From Thermoproteota archaeon (GTDB lineage Archaea > Asgardarchaeota > Njordarchaeia > Njordarchaeales > Panguiarchaeaceae): a DNA stretch of 64,000 nt. Of the stretch, positions 20,585 through 30,840 are shown piece by piece (position 1 is the first letter of the stretch; every line of letters starts with the position of its first letter). The notes under the pieces are model-generated. The model searched no databases, had not been told where the DNA came from, and saw only the letters and a program-made list of their open reading frames with translations. The translations under genes were made by a program, and so were the position numbers. The stretch spans positions 64,001-128,000 of the forward strand of contig JANJXX010000003.1 in NCBI GenBank assembly GCA_024720975.1, in the 5' to 3' direction.

Positions 20585-20733
20585 GGCTAAAACTTGCTGA
20601 ATCTCTTGACTAAATCCCTTTCTTTACCCTGTCACCACCACTTACAAGTCAATCCAGCCTCCTCATACACTCAAGCTTCACACTATATGTACTCAGAATA
20701 TGCGTTGGCACTCACAATAATTTTAAGCCCTTC

Positions 20734-22245
20734 TTAGTGCACTTTGCTAGCTATCTTCCATCGTATAATGTAATTAACGTACGATTCTTTTTTATTCACT
20801 AGACTTTTTCCGTCAAGACCTTTTTGTATAGGTATATCCAATAAAGCATATAGCGACGGAGCTATATCATATATCGAGATTACGCGATGGTTTGTTCGAG
20901 GTATGCTCTCAGATTTTGCTATTAGAACAGCATCGAAGTCATGATAATTGGTTATCTTGCGAATTGCTGGTACTCCCATAAGGACTGGCGATGTTATATA
21001 TCCCGCCTTAACGTTACCAAAGATACAAATATCAGGCGCCTTATTGACAAATGCACCCCAGTAAATCTGATCCTTCTTTGCCACGAGTCCAAATACCCTT
21101 CTGTTGTACTTATCTCTTATTCCTGACAGCAGCCTTACTACGTAGTTAGTATACTTATCCTTAGCTTCTATTTTGCTGTTGATGTTAATAAAGAATGCGG
21201 GTATGCTCAATGAAGCAAACGCTAGGGAGATGTTCGAATCTACAAAGAATCTTACATTGCTTGATATAACTTTTTTGTAAATTTGCCTATGAATGTTGTT
21301 AGCTAGGGGAACTCTTTGAAGGCTATCGAATAATACTGCCAGAGTCTTTTCTATGATGCCAGTCCTGCTAGGTTTATGCATCTGAAGCTTCTTTACGGGC
21401 GCTTTCTCAGATACTCTTCTAATTGTAAAGCCTCTCGCCAGGCCCAGTTTTCTTAGAATCGTGTTTACAAATACAACTTTGCTGTACGTTTTGAAACCGT
21501 GATCTGAAGCAATAATTATATCTAAGTTTCGTCTTATTGCTCTCCCTATCAATGAATCTACAAGGCTATCAAATTCATCCAGGACTTTTTTTATGAAATT
21601 TGGCACTTCATTTTTGCCGGTAATTACATGGTAGAAGCTATGCATTATCCAGTCTAAATCGCTTAAAACGATAAAGTAATTCTCCAGGAAATGAAACTCT
21701 AACAGTCCCTCCAGAACCCATTTTCTTATCTTTAGCTCTTTCTCTAAAATTTCGGCGAATTTCCGCCAACCAAGCACGCTTCTAAGTAGTGGGTTAAGAT
21801 ATACCCTCCTTTTTACGATATCCTCAATAAGGTTTCTTTTTTCGTGTTTGATTAAAACTTTACCATTTCCGGCTAACCAGTCTGGAACGCCAACGCCATA
21901 TAACACTCTGAATGGGTACGATAAGGGAACATTATATACCACCACGGATCTTTTATGCATCGATAGAATCTCAAATATGTAAGGAAACTTTACATCTAGA
22001 CTACTACAAACTCTGGTGCTGCCTCCTTCTGCATTAAAGAAACCAAACACACCATGCTTTCCAGGATTTACCCCGGTGAATATGGATGTCCAAGCAGGCA
22101 CTGTTTGTGGAGGAAAGCAAGCTTTGGCGATTGCCTTAAAATATCTCTCTGCTAAAAAGCTTATCGAATTTAGATGCCCTTTATTGGAAAGTCGCCTCAA
22201 ACACTCCAAGCTAAGTCCATCGATACCAAGAACAAAAACACCCAT
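20734..22245 (-). CDS. Alkaline phosphatase superfamily / type I phosphodiesterase (AlkP)
   Basis: GIDG, PPQTVPAWTSIFTGVNPGKHG, DWIMH, SDHG motifs. Confidence 0.9.
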   Translation of the reverse strand: MGVFVLGIDGLSLECLRRLSNKGHLNSISFLAERYFKAIAKACFPPQTVPAWTSIFTGVNPGKHGVFGFFNAEGGSTRVCSSLDVKFPYIFEILSMHKRSVVVYNVPLSYPFRVLYGVGVPDWLAGNGKVLIKHEKRNLIEDIVKRRVYLNPLLRSVLGWRKFAEILEKELKIRKWVLEGLLEFHFLENYFIVLSDLDWIMHSFYHVITGKNEVPNFIKKVLDEFDSLVDSLIGRAIRRNLDIIIASDHGFKTYSKVVFVNTILRKLGLARGFTIRRVSEKAPVKKLQMHKPSRTGIIEKTLAVLFDSLQRVPLANNIHRQIYKKVISSNVRFFVDSNISLAFASLSIPAFFININSKIEAKDKYTNYVVRLLSGIRDKYNRRVFGLVAKKDQIYWGAFVNKAPDICIFGNVKAGYITSPVLMGVPAIRKITNYHDFDAVLIAKSESIPRTNHRVISIYDIAPSLYALLDIPIQKGLDGKSLVNKKESYVNYIIRWKIASKVH

Positions 22246-22381
22246 ATTTCAAGCACCAGATTAAGGTATTAATTAATTCTGGTGATACAAAGGTTTGGTT
22301 TCTGTGAATGCTTCTCAGCGCCGCATCTGACCAAAGAAGTTGACTTATGCAGTATTGTATCTAAAAATAAAATGCTTTAAT

Positions 22382-23251
22382 TCAATATGCACTTAGCTCC
22401 CCTCGCTTTCTTACGCTATCATATGCAATACTAAAGATCTTTATGGATATCGGATATCCAACCACAATGTAAATGACCATATACAAGATGTCTCTAATGA
22501 TTCTTGAATGCAGCAGATTTGCGCCCCATATAAGCGAGTACCTTATTGCATCCAAAGAGAATGTTAGAGGTAATAGAAGAGAGACAAATCGAAGCTGCGT
22601 TGGTAGCAGCAAGACTGGAAAGAAAACTCCACTTAGGAGATTGTTTATCCATGTTATAAGCCATCCTATAGGATCCCCCTGCTTAAATCTTAAGACCATA
22701 GCAGCAGATATTATGCCTATAGGCAAATTCGCGAGCACTAGCAATATAACAAGAATAGAAAGAGTCAGCATTGTCTCCAGATTTATCACGAGTGCAGCAT
22801 TCAATGCCAGTCCAATCCCAATTATTAAGACAAGGAAAGCCGTAGAATATAGGAAGTAGTACAATACATCGCCTAAGAAAATTATGATGAAGCTTGTAGG
22901 AGTGGATAAGACACTTTCTAGCGTCCCATGAAATTGCTCAAATCTAAGCGTTATAGAGAGACTTCGAAGACTAGCTGTAACGTAGTGTGATACGGCAATC
23001 CCAATTAGAGCAAATGTGAAATAACTTTGTCCATAACCTGCTTGACTTATACTCTCAGGCTTAACTATGAAGGCAAGAAGAAAATACGTTAATACCATGA
23101 AGAACGTATTAGCAAAATCAAAAACGATCCATATCTTATAGTTAAATCGTATCTTTGCCCTCCTGATCATAGCGATTATAACTTTATCCCAAGGTGATAC
23201 ACTACTAGATTCCTTAGATCCAATAACTTCAAGAACTTCCTCAACACGCAT
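22382..23251 (-). CDS. ABC-2 type permease
   Basis: EQFHGTLESVLSTP, LSGVFFP, LPLT. Likely start ATG 23251 (ORF track extends to 23296). Confidence 0.88.
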   Translation of the reverse strand: MRVEEVLEVIGSKESSSVSPWDKVIIAMIRRAKIRFNYKIWIVFDFANTFFMVLTYFLLAFIVKPESISQAGYGQSYFTFALIGIAVSHYVTASLRSLSITLRFEQFHGTLESVLSTPTSFIIIFLGDVLYYFLYSTAFLVLIIGIGLALNAALVINLETMLTLSILVILLVLANLPIGIISAAMVLRFKQGDPIGWLITWINNLLSGVFFPVLLLPTQLRFVSLLLPLTFSLDAIRYSLIWGANLLHSRIIRDILYMVIYIVVGYPISIKIFSIAYDSVRKRGELSAY

Positions 23252-23261
23252 TAGAGGGCAC

Positions 23262-24155
23262 CTAATAGGCAGCCAGAATTCCCTCCTTCTTTGCAATTTC
23301 GAGATATTTATTGAAAACTTTGAAACCCAGGTAAACGAGCGGAAGGAACGCTATAAGAAATACCATGTGAAAGATCATTTTAGGATGAAGGAGGGGTAGT
23401 TCATCCATAAGCGTCCTCCTAAAAAGTTCTAATCCATGCGTAAATGGGAGAGATAAACTGATGTAATAAAGTGGCGCAATGTTATAGAGCAATGATATTG
23501 GATAGAGAACTCCACCTAGAAACTCCATAGCTACTGACAAGAAAAATAACATTGTCTCAAGCTCCTTATGCTTTATATACATTCCAGCGGCGATTACACC
23601 TATTCCGGAATGGACTACTATCGTTAGCAGCAATACAAATATTGCTTGAAACCAGGCTAGGAGGTTTGTAGATATACCAGCACCCAGGATCATGCCAATG
23701 ATTATAGCGCCAACAAACCAAAAAGAGGACCAAGAAAAGCCGTACATTATCTGACCAACAAGCCATGATTTGAGATTATCAACGTCTGCAACTACGAGGC
23801 TTTCAAGTGTTCCCTCTGATATTTCATGCGAGAGTTTGTGAGCTAATCTAGAAATTGACGACCATAGATAGCGAGATAGACTTATCCCAAGCACTGCAAA
23901 TGCTAGGTAGTCTGGAGAATATCCCAAAGAACTCAGAGCTTGTTTAGATATAAGAAAGCTCACGAAGTAGTATATCAGAACACTAATGGTTATGTCTATT
24001 ATATCTATGGCGATAGCCATTCTATACTCAAAGAGAATCCTAAGTTGATAGTATAGTGAGGCTACTGCTCTGGTAATAAAGGATTCATGCTTCTTTTCCT
24101 TAACCTGAAATATGTTTAAGACCTCATCAACCTCACTGACCACATTTAACACCAT
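23262..24155 (-). CDS. ABC-2 type permease
   Basis: EISEGTLESL, LGGVLYP, LPFTHG; paralogue of the adjacent permease. Confidence 0.88.
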   Translation of the reverse strand: MVLNVVSEVDEVLNIFQVKEKKHESFITRAVASLYYQLRILFEYRMAIAIDIIDITISVLIYYFVSFLISKQALSSLGYSPDYLAFAVLGISLSRYLWSSISRLAHKLSHEISEGTLESLVVADVDNLKSWLVGQIMYGFSWSSFWFVGAIIIGMILGAGISTNLLAWFQAIFVLLLTIVVHSGIGVIAAGMYIKHKELETMLFFLSVAMEFLGGVLYPISLLYNIAPLYYISLSLPFTHGLELFRRTLMDELPLLHPKMIFHMVFLIAFLPLVYLGFKVFNKYLEIAKKEGILAAY

Positions 24156-24169
24156 AACATCAAATTAGT

Positions 24170-25159
24170 CTAGACTCTCGGTTCCGTGCCTGCAAGTTTT
24201 AGAAAGGCTTCCTCCAATGTTGGGAGCATCCTCTGAACGGATTCTATATTGTATTCCCGGAGAGTGCTGGTTATCTCCGGGATTGCTGTAAAGTAATCTG
24301 TTACCAAAACCCTAATTACTATGTTTCGCTCAGAGACTTCCTTAGATAGAATTCCATTTACGACCGGAAGTTGTTCGAGCTTTTTTATGATATCTTCGAG
24401 GACGCCCTTATCTTCAACTAGTCGTATCTCAACTACCTTCATATTTGCTACTTTCTCTCTTAGCTCCCTGGGAGTTCCTAAGAATATTATTTTACCACGA
24501 TTGATCACAGCCATTCTATCGCAAAGCATTTCAACCTCTTGCATGTTATGAGATGTAAAAAGTATTGTTTTCTTGGCTCTATCAACAAGTTCCCTAAGGA
24601 GCATTCTAACATTCCTTGCACTCTCTACATCAAGACCCAGCGTAGGTTCGTCGAGTATTAGTATATCAGGATTGTGAATTAGCGCTCTTATTAACATGAG
24701 CTTGACGCGCATACCAGTGGAGTAATTCATTACGAGCTTGTGAATATCCTTCTCGAGTCCAAGGAATTTAATCATTGCATTGATCCTACGCTTAGCAACG
24801 TCCTTCGGAACATTTTGCAATCTGGCGAAGAACATCAAGTTGTCATACCCAGAAAGCCGCCAGTATAAAGCCCTACCGCCCGTTTCTCCCATCATCCAGC
24901 CAACTCTTTTTCTCACTTCAACAGGCTCCTTCAGTATTGAAAATCCATCTATCCATGCCTCACCTTCATCCGGAATTAACAATGTTACCAACATTTTTGT
25001 ATAAGTTGTTTTACCAGCTCCATTAGGACCCAACAAACCAAAGAATTCTCCCCGCTTAATTTTCAATGAGATGTGATCCACAGCAACAACTTCTTTTTTC
25101 TTTGACTTAAATATCTTCGTCAAATCTTCTGATACAATCACATAATCCAACACAAACAC
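24170..25159 (-). CDS. ABC exporter ATP-binding protein (DrrA-like)
   Basis: GPNGAGKT Walker A, YSTGM signature, LILDEPT Walker B, H-loop. Confidence 0.95.
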   Translation of the reverse strand: MFVLDYVIVSEDLTKIFKSKKKEVVAVDHISLKIKRGEFFGLLGPNGAGKTTYTKMLVTLLIPDEGEAWIDGFSILKEPVEVRKRVGWMMGETGGRALYWRLSGYDNLMFFARLQNVPKDVAKRRINAMIKFLGLEKDIHKLVMNYSTGMRVKLMLIRALIHNPDILILDEPTLGLDVESARNVRMLLRELVDRAKKTILFTSHNMQEVEMLCDRMAVINRGKIIFLGTPRELREKVANMKVVEIRLVEDKGVLEDIIKKLEQLPVVNGILSKEVSERNIVIRVLVTDYFTAIPEITSTLREYNIESVQRMLPTLEEAFLKLAGTEPRV

Positions 25160-25495
25160 CTAATAAGACCTTATTCTCTCAACAAGTTCTACTATTTTAG
25201 CGGATTCTTCCAATTTTCTTTGAAGCGTCAATTTCCCTTCATCTGTCAAAAAATAAACACGACGGGCGGGGCCACGATTACTTATCTCCAACTTAGATTT
25301 CACAAGACCCTTCTTCTCCAGGCGTCTGAGTACTACATATACAAGAGCTCTTGATATATCTTGATCCAGGATCTTTTTAAGAGCATCCGTCAATGCATAT
25401 CCGTGAAGGGGCTCTTTTGATAGGATTTTCAATACTGCTAGTGAAACTATACAGGTTTTAAGGTTCTTCCTTTGGTGTTTTTGGCCCCCACCCAG
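25160..25495 (-). CDS. PadR family transcriptional regulator
   Basis: PLHGYAL, LVYVVLRRLEKKGLV, GPARRVYFLTDEG. The frame stays open from the TTG at 25432 up to a CTG at 25495, which has an AGGTGA SD. Confidence 0.88.
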   Translation of the reverse strand: MGGGQKHQRKNLKTCIVSLAVLKILSKEPLHGYALTDALKKILDQDISRALVYVVLRRLEKKGLVKSKLEISNRGPARRVYFLTDEGKLTLQRKLEESAKIVELVERIRSY

Positions 25496-25637
25496 TTATA
25501 GTTCACCTAGTAAGCTAGTTAACAAAGTTATCTATGATGAAATTATAAGAAAATCTATATATCGGGAGATTGTTAATGACTCTATTATTCTTATTGATTT
25601 TTGAATGTTTGCTTAATAGTTAGGTAGTCAAGCACTG

Positions 25638-26300
25638 GTGAAATCATTGAGAGCTTACGAGGAAGCTGATCCTAGTCGGTTAAGTTATCTGGTAATGCTT
25701 ACGTTTGATAAATCTGTTGGACAAGATAAGATAGATGAATTCTCTGATTCTCTGCTTAGGAACTTAGGCGGAAGAAAGAGAATCTATAGTAATTTCTGTA
25801 TCATATCCAGCAGAGAGCGAATAACATTTATCTGGCCGGCTCAGAGTCAAACAAATAATGCTGTTGTAATTTCAAGAGCTAATACTATCCTATACAAAAA
25901 GCTCCAGAGGATACTCCTGAAGACATTATTAGGCTTAATTTTCGCTGCCCTAGCCGTAGCTGGTGTTGTAGCGTACTTGCTATGGACTGAATATTTTGAA
26001 TGGTCATTGTTTGAACGTGCGTTCAGAGTGGCTACACGCTTAGCTGTGTACACATTGAGTGCTTTCATAGCGGCATTAGCGCTAACTGAATTGATATCAC
26101 TTGATTTAAATCGTAGGTTCATCCATAAACTGGACTGGCTGAGAAATATTATTTTAAACAACGCAGAGAAAGTGTTTAGTGAAAAAGTTGAGAAAACATC
26201 TGACTTACCAGAACCTCTTCGAGGAACTCTTGCTTGCATTAAAGCACAACAACTACTAGCATGGGGTCAATTGGTAAGAATTAGGCTACCAGGACTCTAA
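25638..26300 (+). CDS. Hypothetical membrane protein (2 TM)
   Basis: 220-aa ORF with two hydrophobic segments. Confidence 0.6.
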   Translation: MKSLRAYEEADPSRLSYLVMLTFDKSVGQDKIDEFSDSLLRNLGGRKRIYSNFCIISSRERITFIWPAQSQTNNAVVISRANTILYKKLQRILLKTLLGLIFAALAVAGVVAYLLWTEYFEWSLFERAFRVATRLAVYTLSAFIAALALTELISLDLNRRFIHKLDWLRNIILNNAEKVFSEKVEKTSDLPEPLRGTLACIKAQQLLAWGQLVRIRLPGL

Positions 26301-26351
26301 AATTTTCAATTTTCAGTTGCTCAAAATTAGATAAACGGAAAATGGAAGAAC

Positions 26352-26957
26352 TTAAAGTGATTTTAGAAGAACTTCGAGCTGCACCTTTGCCTTATTAATA
26401 ACATCCATGTAAAGATTATTTCCGTGAGAATCTATCGCGACTATCAGTGGACCAAAATCCCTGACCTTAAATAACCATACAGCTTCCGGCACTCCTAACT
26501 CCTCTAACCAGAAGACGTCCTCTACATCCTCGATTGCCTTGGCTGCAAGCAGAGCTGCACCTCCAACAAATGCACCATAGAAAGCACCGAATTTTCTCAT
26601 TGCCTCCGTTGTTCTTTCAAACATTCCTCCCTTACCTATGACTCCTCTTATTCCTGTCATCTCAATGAACTCTGCTTCCATTATCTCCATCCGTGCAGAG
26701 GTTGTTGGCCCAGCTGCTACAACTTGCCATTTATCACCCACTTTTTTGACAACAGGACCAACATGATATACTAATAGGCCCTGCGGGTCAAATGGTAGTC
26801 TTTCACCCTTCTTTAGTAACTCAAGTATCTTCTTATGAGCAGCATCACGTGCTGCGAATATTTTGCCACTTATGTAAACTATATCTCCGACTTTAAGCTT
26901 TCTAACATCTTCCTCACTTAGTGGGGTTTTAAGATGGTACTCGACCATGTTTCTCAC
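26352..26957 (-). CDS. Class I fumarate hydratase / L-tartrate dehydratase beta subunit
   Basis: ARDAAH, AAGPTTSARM, IGKGG, DSHGN motifs. Confidence 0.92.
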   Translation of the reverse strand: MRNMVEYHLKTPLSEEDVRKLKVGDIVYISGKIFAARDAAHKKILELLKKGERLPFDPQGLLVYHVGPVVKKVGDKWQVVAAGPTTSARMEIMEAEFIEMTGIRGVIGKGGMFERTTEAMRKFGAFYGAFVGGAALLAAKAIEDVEDVFWLEELGVPEAVWLFKVRDFGPLIVAIDSHGNNLYMDVINKAKVQLEVLLKSL

Positions 26958-27827
26958 CTATTGATAGACCCTTATCTCATCACCAGAAACCTCAACAAAA
27001 GCTTTCCTTAGAGCCCAACAGCTGAAGCATACGCCAGTTAGGAGGGTTGCAGGGTGTCTAGACGCCCACTCTATTCTTGCATTAAATATTGTCCACCTAC
27101 CTCCAAGACCCATAGGCCCTATCCCGAGACTATTTGCCTTATCTACGATTTCGCGCTCGAGTTTAGCTAACTCCTCATTTTTGCTATTCTCGTCCATCCT
27201 CGCTAACAAAGCTTTCTTAGCTAGTTTCATTGCTAGGTCTTCTGTGCCACCTATTCCTATTCCAACGAATGTTGGAGGACATGGCATCGAACCGGCATCA
27301 AACACAGATCTTATGACAGCTTCAACAACACCTTTCAGACCCTTTGCAGGTGGAATTGAATGCAGTTTTGCAACATAGCTTGATCCACCACCTTTAGGTA
27401 GCACTGCTATCCTGAGAGTGTTCCCATCTACATGATCCCACGAGATGTCTGGTATGCCTTGTCCAACATTATTTCCAGTATTTTTCTCAGTTAACACGTC
27501 TATGGCATTGGGTCTTAACGGTATGCTTCTCGTAGCTTCAACTGTCGCATCGATAAGAACTTTTTTAATTTTTGAGGCTCTTATAGGGAAATCATCACCA
27601 ATCTCTACATAATAGCTAAATAGACCAGTATCTTGACAAATTGGTGCCCTCATCTCACGCGCAATACGCACATTCTCGAGAATCGCCTTTAATTGTGCTT
27701 TACCCATTTCTGTTTCAGTTTCATATGCTCTTCTAATCATGTTTTCTACGTCTGGAGGGAGATTACATTCAGCGAGAGTTATCGCCTCAACAACTTTTTT
27801 AAGCAATAAATTGCTCGATATTTCCAA
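26958..27827 (-). CDS. Class I fumarate hydratase / L-tartrate dehydratase alpha subunit (Fe-S)
   Basis: PICQDTG, KGGGS, PCPP, CWALR Fe-S cysteine motifs. Confidence 0.92.
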   Translation of the reverse strand: MEISSNLLLKKVVEAITLAECNLPPDVENMIRRAYETETEMGKAQLKAILENVRIAREMRAPICQDTGLFSYYVEIGDDFPIRASKIKKVLIDATVEATRSIPLRPNAIDVLTEKNTGNNVGQGIPDISWDHVDGNTLRIAVLPKGGGSSYVAKLHSIPPAKGLKGVVEAVIRSVFDAGSMPCPPTFVGIGIGGTEDLAMKLAKKALLARMDENSKNEELAKLEREIVDKANSLGIGPMGLGGRWTIFNARIEWASRHPATLLTGVCFSCWALRKAFVEVSGDEIRVYQ

Positions 27828-27962
27828 GATTTTTCACCGGTGGGAGTTTTCAGAAAAGAGGCATAAAAAATCAGGATATATCACACAGTATATATAGATC
27901 TTTCCTTGGCTTTAGAATTACACAGTAAGAATAATAATGATACACTTCGACATTAAGCTATC

Positions 27963-28859
27963 TCATTTTTCTAGACCCGGATCCCATACCCTAATTGTTC
28001 TGTCCTCACCACCACTGACCATCTTTAAGTCGGGGCTCCAGTCAACTGATACTACTTTTCCTGTGTGACCGTGCAGTTCTCTTACTAATTTTCCCTCAAC
28101 ATCCCATACTCTTATTACTCCATCATCACAGCCAGCTGCTATGTATAGCCCGTTTGGAGACCATTTCATAGTCATTATTCCTGCTGGACACCTAAAAGCT
28201 TTCACCGGTTTCCAATCTGGATAGCTCCAAATCCTTATTACTCTGCCTTCACAAGCACTAGCTAGGAGATTGGTTGCAGGATTCCAATGAACTAACTTCA
28301 CTGCTCCCAAATGACCTGATAGTTTCGATAATATTGATCCTTTCTCAACATACCATATAAATAGGTTATTGTCCGCACCACCTGTAGCTATATAAGCTCC
28401 TTCCCTCTTCTCCCAATCTACTGCTAAGACTGGGCCTAGGTGTCCTCTCAGTATTTGCAAACACTCTCCTTTACCTACGTCCCAGATGTTTATTGCCTTA
28501 TCAAATGATGCACTAGCTAATCTTTCTGACCTGTGGTCCCAGCTGAGCGCAGTTATCTTGTCCGTGTGGCCAACGAGCTCAGCTACATTTCTTTGTAACC
28601 TAGTATCATATACAGCTATCCTTAAACCATCCAAGACAAACGCAAACATTGCCGAATTGGGAGCCCAGCTCGCAAGAGTGACTTCACCCTTAACTCCAAT
28701 ATACCTCCTGGGACGTAACGTGTCTGGATCCCACATAATGAATGCCTTATCTTTGGCTGAGCTTAGAAATAGCTTGCCGTCAGGAGACCATGCCACAAAG
28801 TTTATTTGTTCTTTATGCTCCTCAATAACTGCATGGGAGGGTTTATTCAAATTCACCAC
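27963..28859 (-). CDS. WD40-repeat protein (7-bladed beta-propeller)
   Basis: Seven ~42-aa units with GH...WD/WSP motifs. Confidence 0.95.
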   Translation of the reverse strand: MVNLNKPSHAVIEEHKEQINFVAWSPDGKLFLSSAKDKAFIMWDPDTLRPRRYIGVKGEVTLASWAPNSAMFAFVLDGLRIAVYDTRLQRNVAELVGHTDKITALSWDHRSERLASASFDKAINIWDVGKGECLQILRGHLGPVLAVDWEKREGAYIATGGADNNLFIWYVEKGSILSKLSGHLGAVKLVHWNPATNLLASACEGRVIRIWSYPDWKPVKAFRCPAGIMTMKWSPNGLYIAAGCDDGVIRVWDVEGKLVRELHGHTGKVVSVDWSPDLKMVSGGEDRTIRVWDPGLEK

Positions 28860-28932
28860 CTAGGCTACTAAATATTGGTCTGAATTTTGGTTAAATAGGT
28901 TAGTATATGAAACTCTAGAAAGATTTGTATTC

Positions 28933-30828
28933 ATGACAAACCAAAATGCTGTTCAAGCGAGAAATTGTAGTGGTGAAAATGACAGCATGAAACCTCACGA
29001 ACTCTTTCCTTACAGCTTTAGAACTGATCAGAAGAAACTCCTCGAGGATATTTATGATTATGCTAAGATGGGAGCAACTATACTACTTCATGCTCCCGCT
29101 GGTTATGGAAAAACGATAGTTGTTCTCTCAGCACTACTACCAATAGCGCTTGAGGAGGATAAGACTATCATCTGGGCTGTTCGCACGGGGAATGAGACTG
29201 ATCGACCAATCGAAGAGCTTCGTGCCATAATAGAGAAGACCAAATTGCCTATATATGGGATCTCAATACGCGGAAAAAAGGATATGTGTCTTCTAGCAAG
29301 GAAAAAGGGAATACTAGACCATGAAGGAGTGACAGTACTTTGCGATAAGATGAGAAATAAATGTCCATTTTTCTCTGGTCTTAAACTCTTTCGTAGTATT
29401 CCAGACAAACCCCTTACATTTACTGAGTTACTGGATTTTGCAGCGACGAAGAAAGTATGCCCGTATTATTACCAGCTTAGGACGATACCAAATGCAAGAC
29501 TTGTGTCTGTCAACTATAATTATGTCTTCTCACCTTCTGTAAAATGGGCTTTGATGAGTTACGTTGATTTTAAAGACTCAATCCTTGTTGTTGATGAGGC
29601 TCATAATTTACAGCACGTCATGGCGAACGTAAATTCTGATAAAATAACGATTGGAACTGTAGATAGAGCAATAGATGAATTGCGAGGACACGCACCTTCC
29701 CATGTGGAGCTTCTCCAAAAGGTTATGAAACTTAGGGAGATTCTTATTAAAGAGGGGGAAAGCATTCCGACTGAGGATGATGTTTTTGATCCAATTGAAC
29801 TCATAGAAGGAGCTGACATAAATGAGGATGATTTTGAAACTGCGTGGGAAATTGTTGATGAAATTTACGCGCGAAAAATTGCTAAAGGCGTTTCACCCAG
29901 ATCATCCTTGAGACATCTTTTCGATTTCTTAGAGACGGCAATCAAAAATCGGGGAAAGAGAGGAATAGCATTCATAAAATCCAAGGAAAAAAACCAGTAT
30001 GCGTTTGAAGTGTGGGACATGCGCGCATCGGAGGTTCTCAAGCGTGTATGGAGGTTATTTAGTTCGAGGGTATTCATGTCTGGGACTTTAGAACCCCTAG
30101 ACGAATTCGCAGAAGTCGTAGGAGTTTCTTCGTATAGGAAACTGAAAGGTACTTTTCCAATACCAAAGGAGAACGTCCTTGCACTGATTTTGGAGGGAGT
30201 AACTACGCGTGGAGAAGAACTTCCAGATGATATGGTAGATAGGTACGTTGATTGTCTTAAGAGAATTCTGCAGGCAGTTAATGTAAACACTGCCATCTTC
30301 TTCGCAAGCTATCGAATAATGAACAGAATACTTCCCAAGCTATTAGATAAGCTAAGTGCGTCTAACAAATATGTAATAATTGAAAGAGAGGAAATGCGAG
30401 GAGATGAAGCCAAGAGAGCCCTAAGCTTACTACGAGAGAAAAAGAATGTCGCTCTTTTTGCTAGTATCTCCGGGAGATTTGCCGAGGGAGTTGATCTACC
30501 AGGCGAGACCCTAGATGGTATTATTACTGTGGGAATACCATTCGAGAGACTAACAGTAAGGACGATAGTTTACATGGAATATTACAAAGAGCTTTATGGA
30601 GATGAAAAGGGTGTATACTATAGTTACGTTTTGCCAGCCCTTCGGAAGGTTGCACAGTCAATGGGACGTGCTATTCGTTCGCCGAATGATAGAGCTTTTA
30701 TCGTCGCAGCAGATGAGCGATTCTCTGAAAGACGGAATTTTGAGCTCCTACCAGAATTCTTTAGAAAGTACTCTAAAAAAGTAGATATAGATGAAGCATT
30801 AGAGCTTCTGACCTCTTTCCTGTCTTAG
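28933..30828 (+). CDS. xpd: XPD/Rad3 Fe-S DNA helicase
   Basis: APAGYGKT, four Fe-S cysteines (MCL, LCD, KCP, VCPYY), DEAH, SGT, QSMGRAIR. Start may be ATG 28987. Confidence 0.93.
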   Translation: MTNQNAVQARNCSGENDSMKPHELFPYSFRTDQKKLLEDIYDYAKMGATILLHAPAGYGKTIVVLSALLPIALEEDKTIIWAVRTGNETDRPIEELRAIIEKTKLPIYGISIRGKKDMCLLARKKGILDHEGVTVLCDKMRNKCPFFSGLKLFRSIPDKPLTFTELLDFAATKKVCPYYYQLRTIPNARLVSVNYNYVFSPSVKWALMSYVDFKDSILVVDEAHNLQHVMANVNSDKITIGTVDRAIDELRGHAPSHVELLQKVMKLREILIKEGESIPTEDDVFDPIELIEGADINEDDFETAWEIVDEIYARKIAKGVSPRSSLRHLFDFLETAIKNRGKRGIAFIKSKEKNQYAFEVWDMRASEVLKRVWRLFSSRVFMSGTLEPLDEFAEVVGVSSYRKLKGTFPIPKENVLALILEGVTTRGEELPDDMVDRYVDCLKRILQAVNVNTAIFFASYRIMNRILPKLLDKLSASNKYVIIEREEMRGDEAKRALSLLREKKNVALFASISGRFAEGVDLPGETLDGIITVGIPFERLTVRTIVYMEYYKELYGDEKGVYYSYVLPALRKVAQSMGRAIRSPNDRAFIVAADERFSERRNFELLPEFFRKYSKKVDIDEALELLTSFLS

Positions 30829-30840
30829 AGAGTATCGCCT

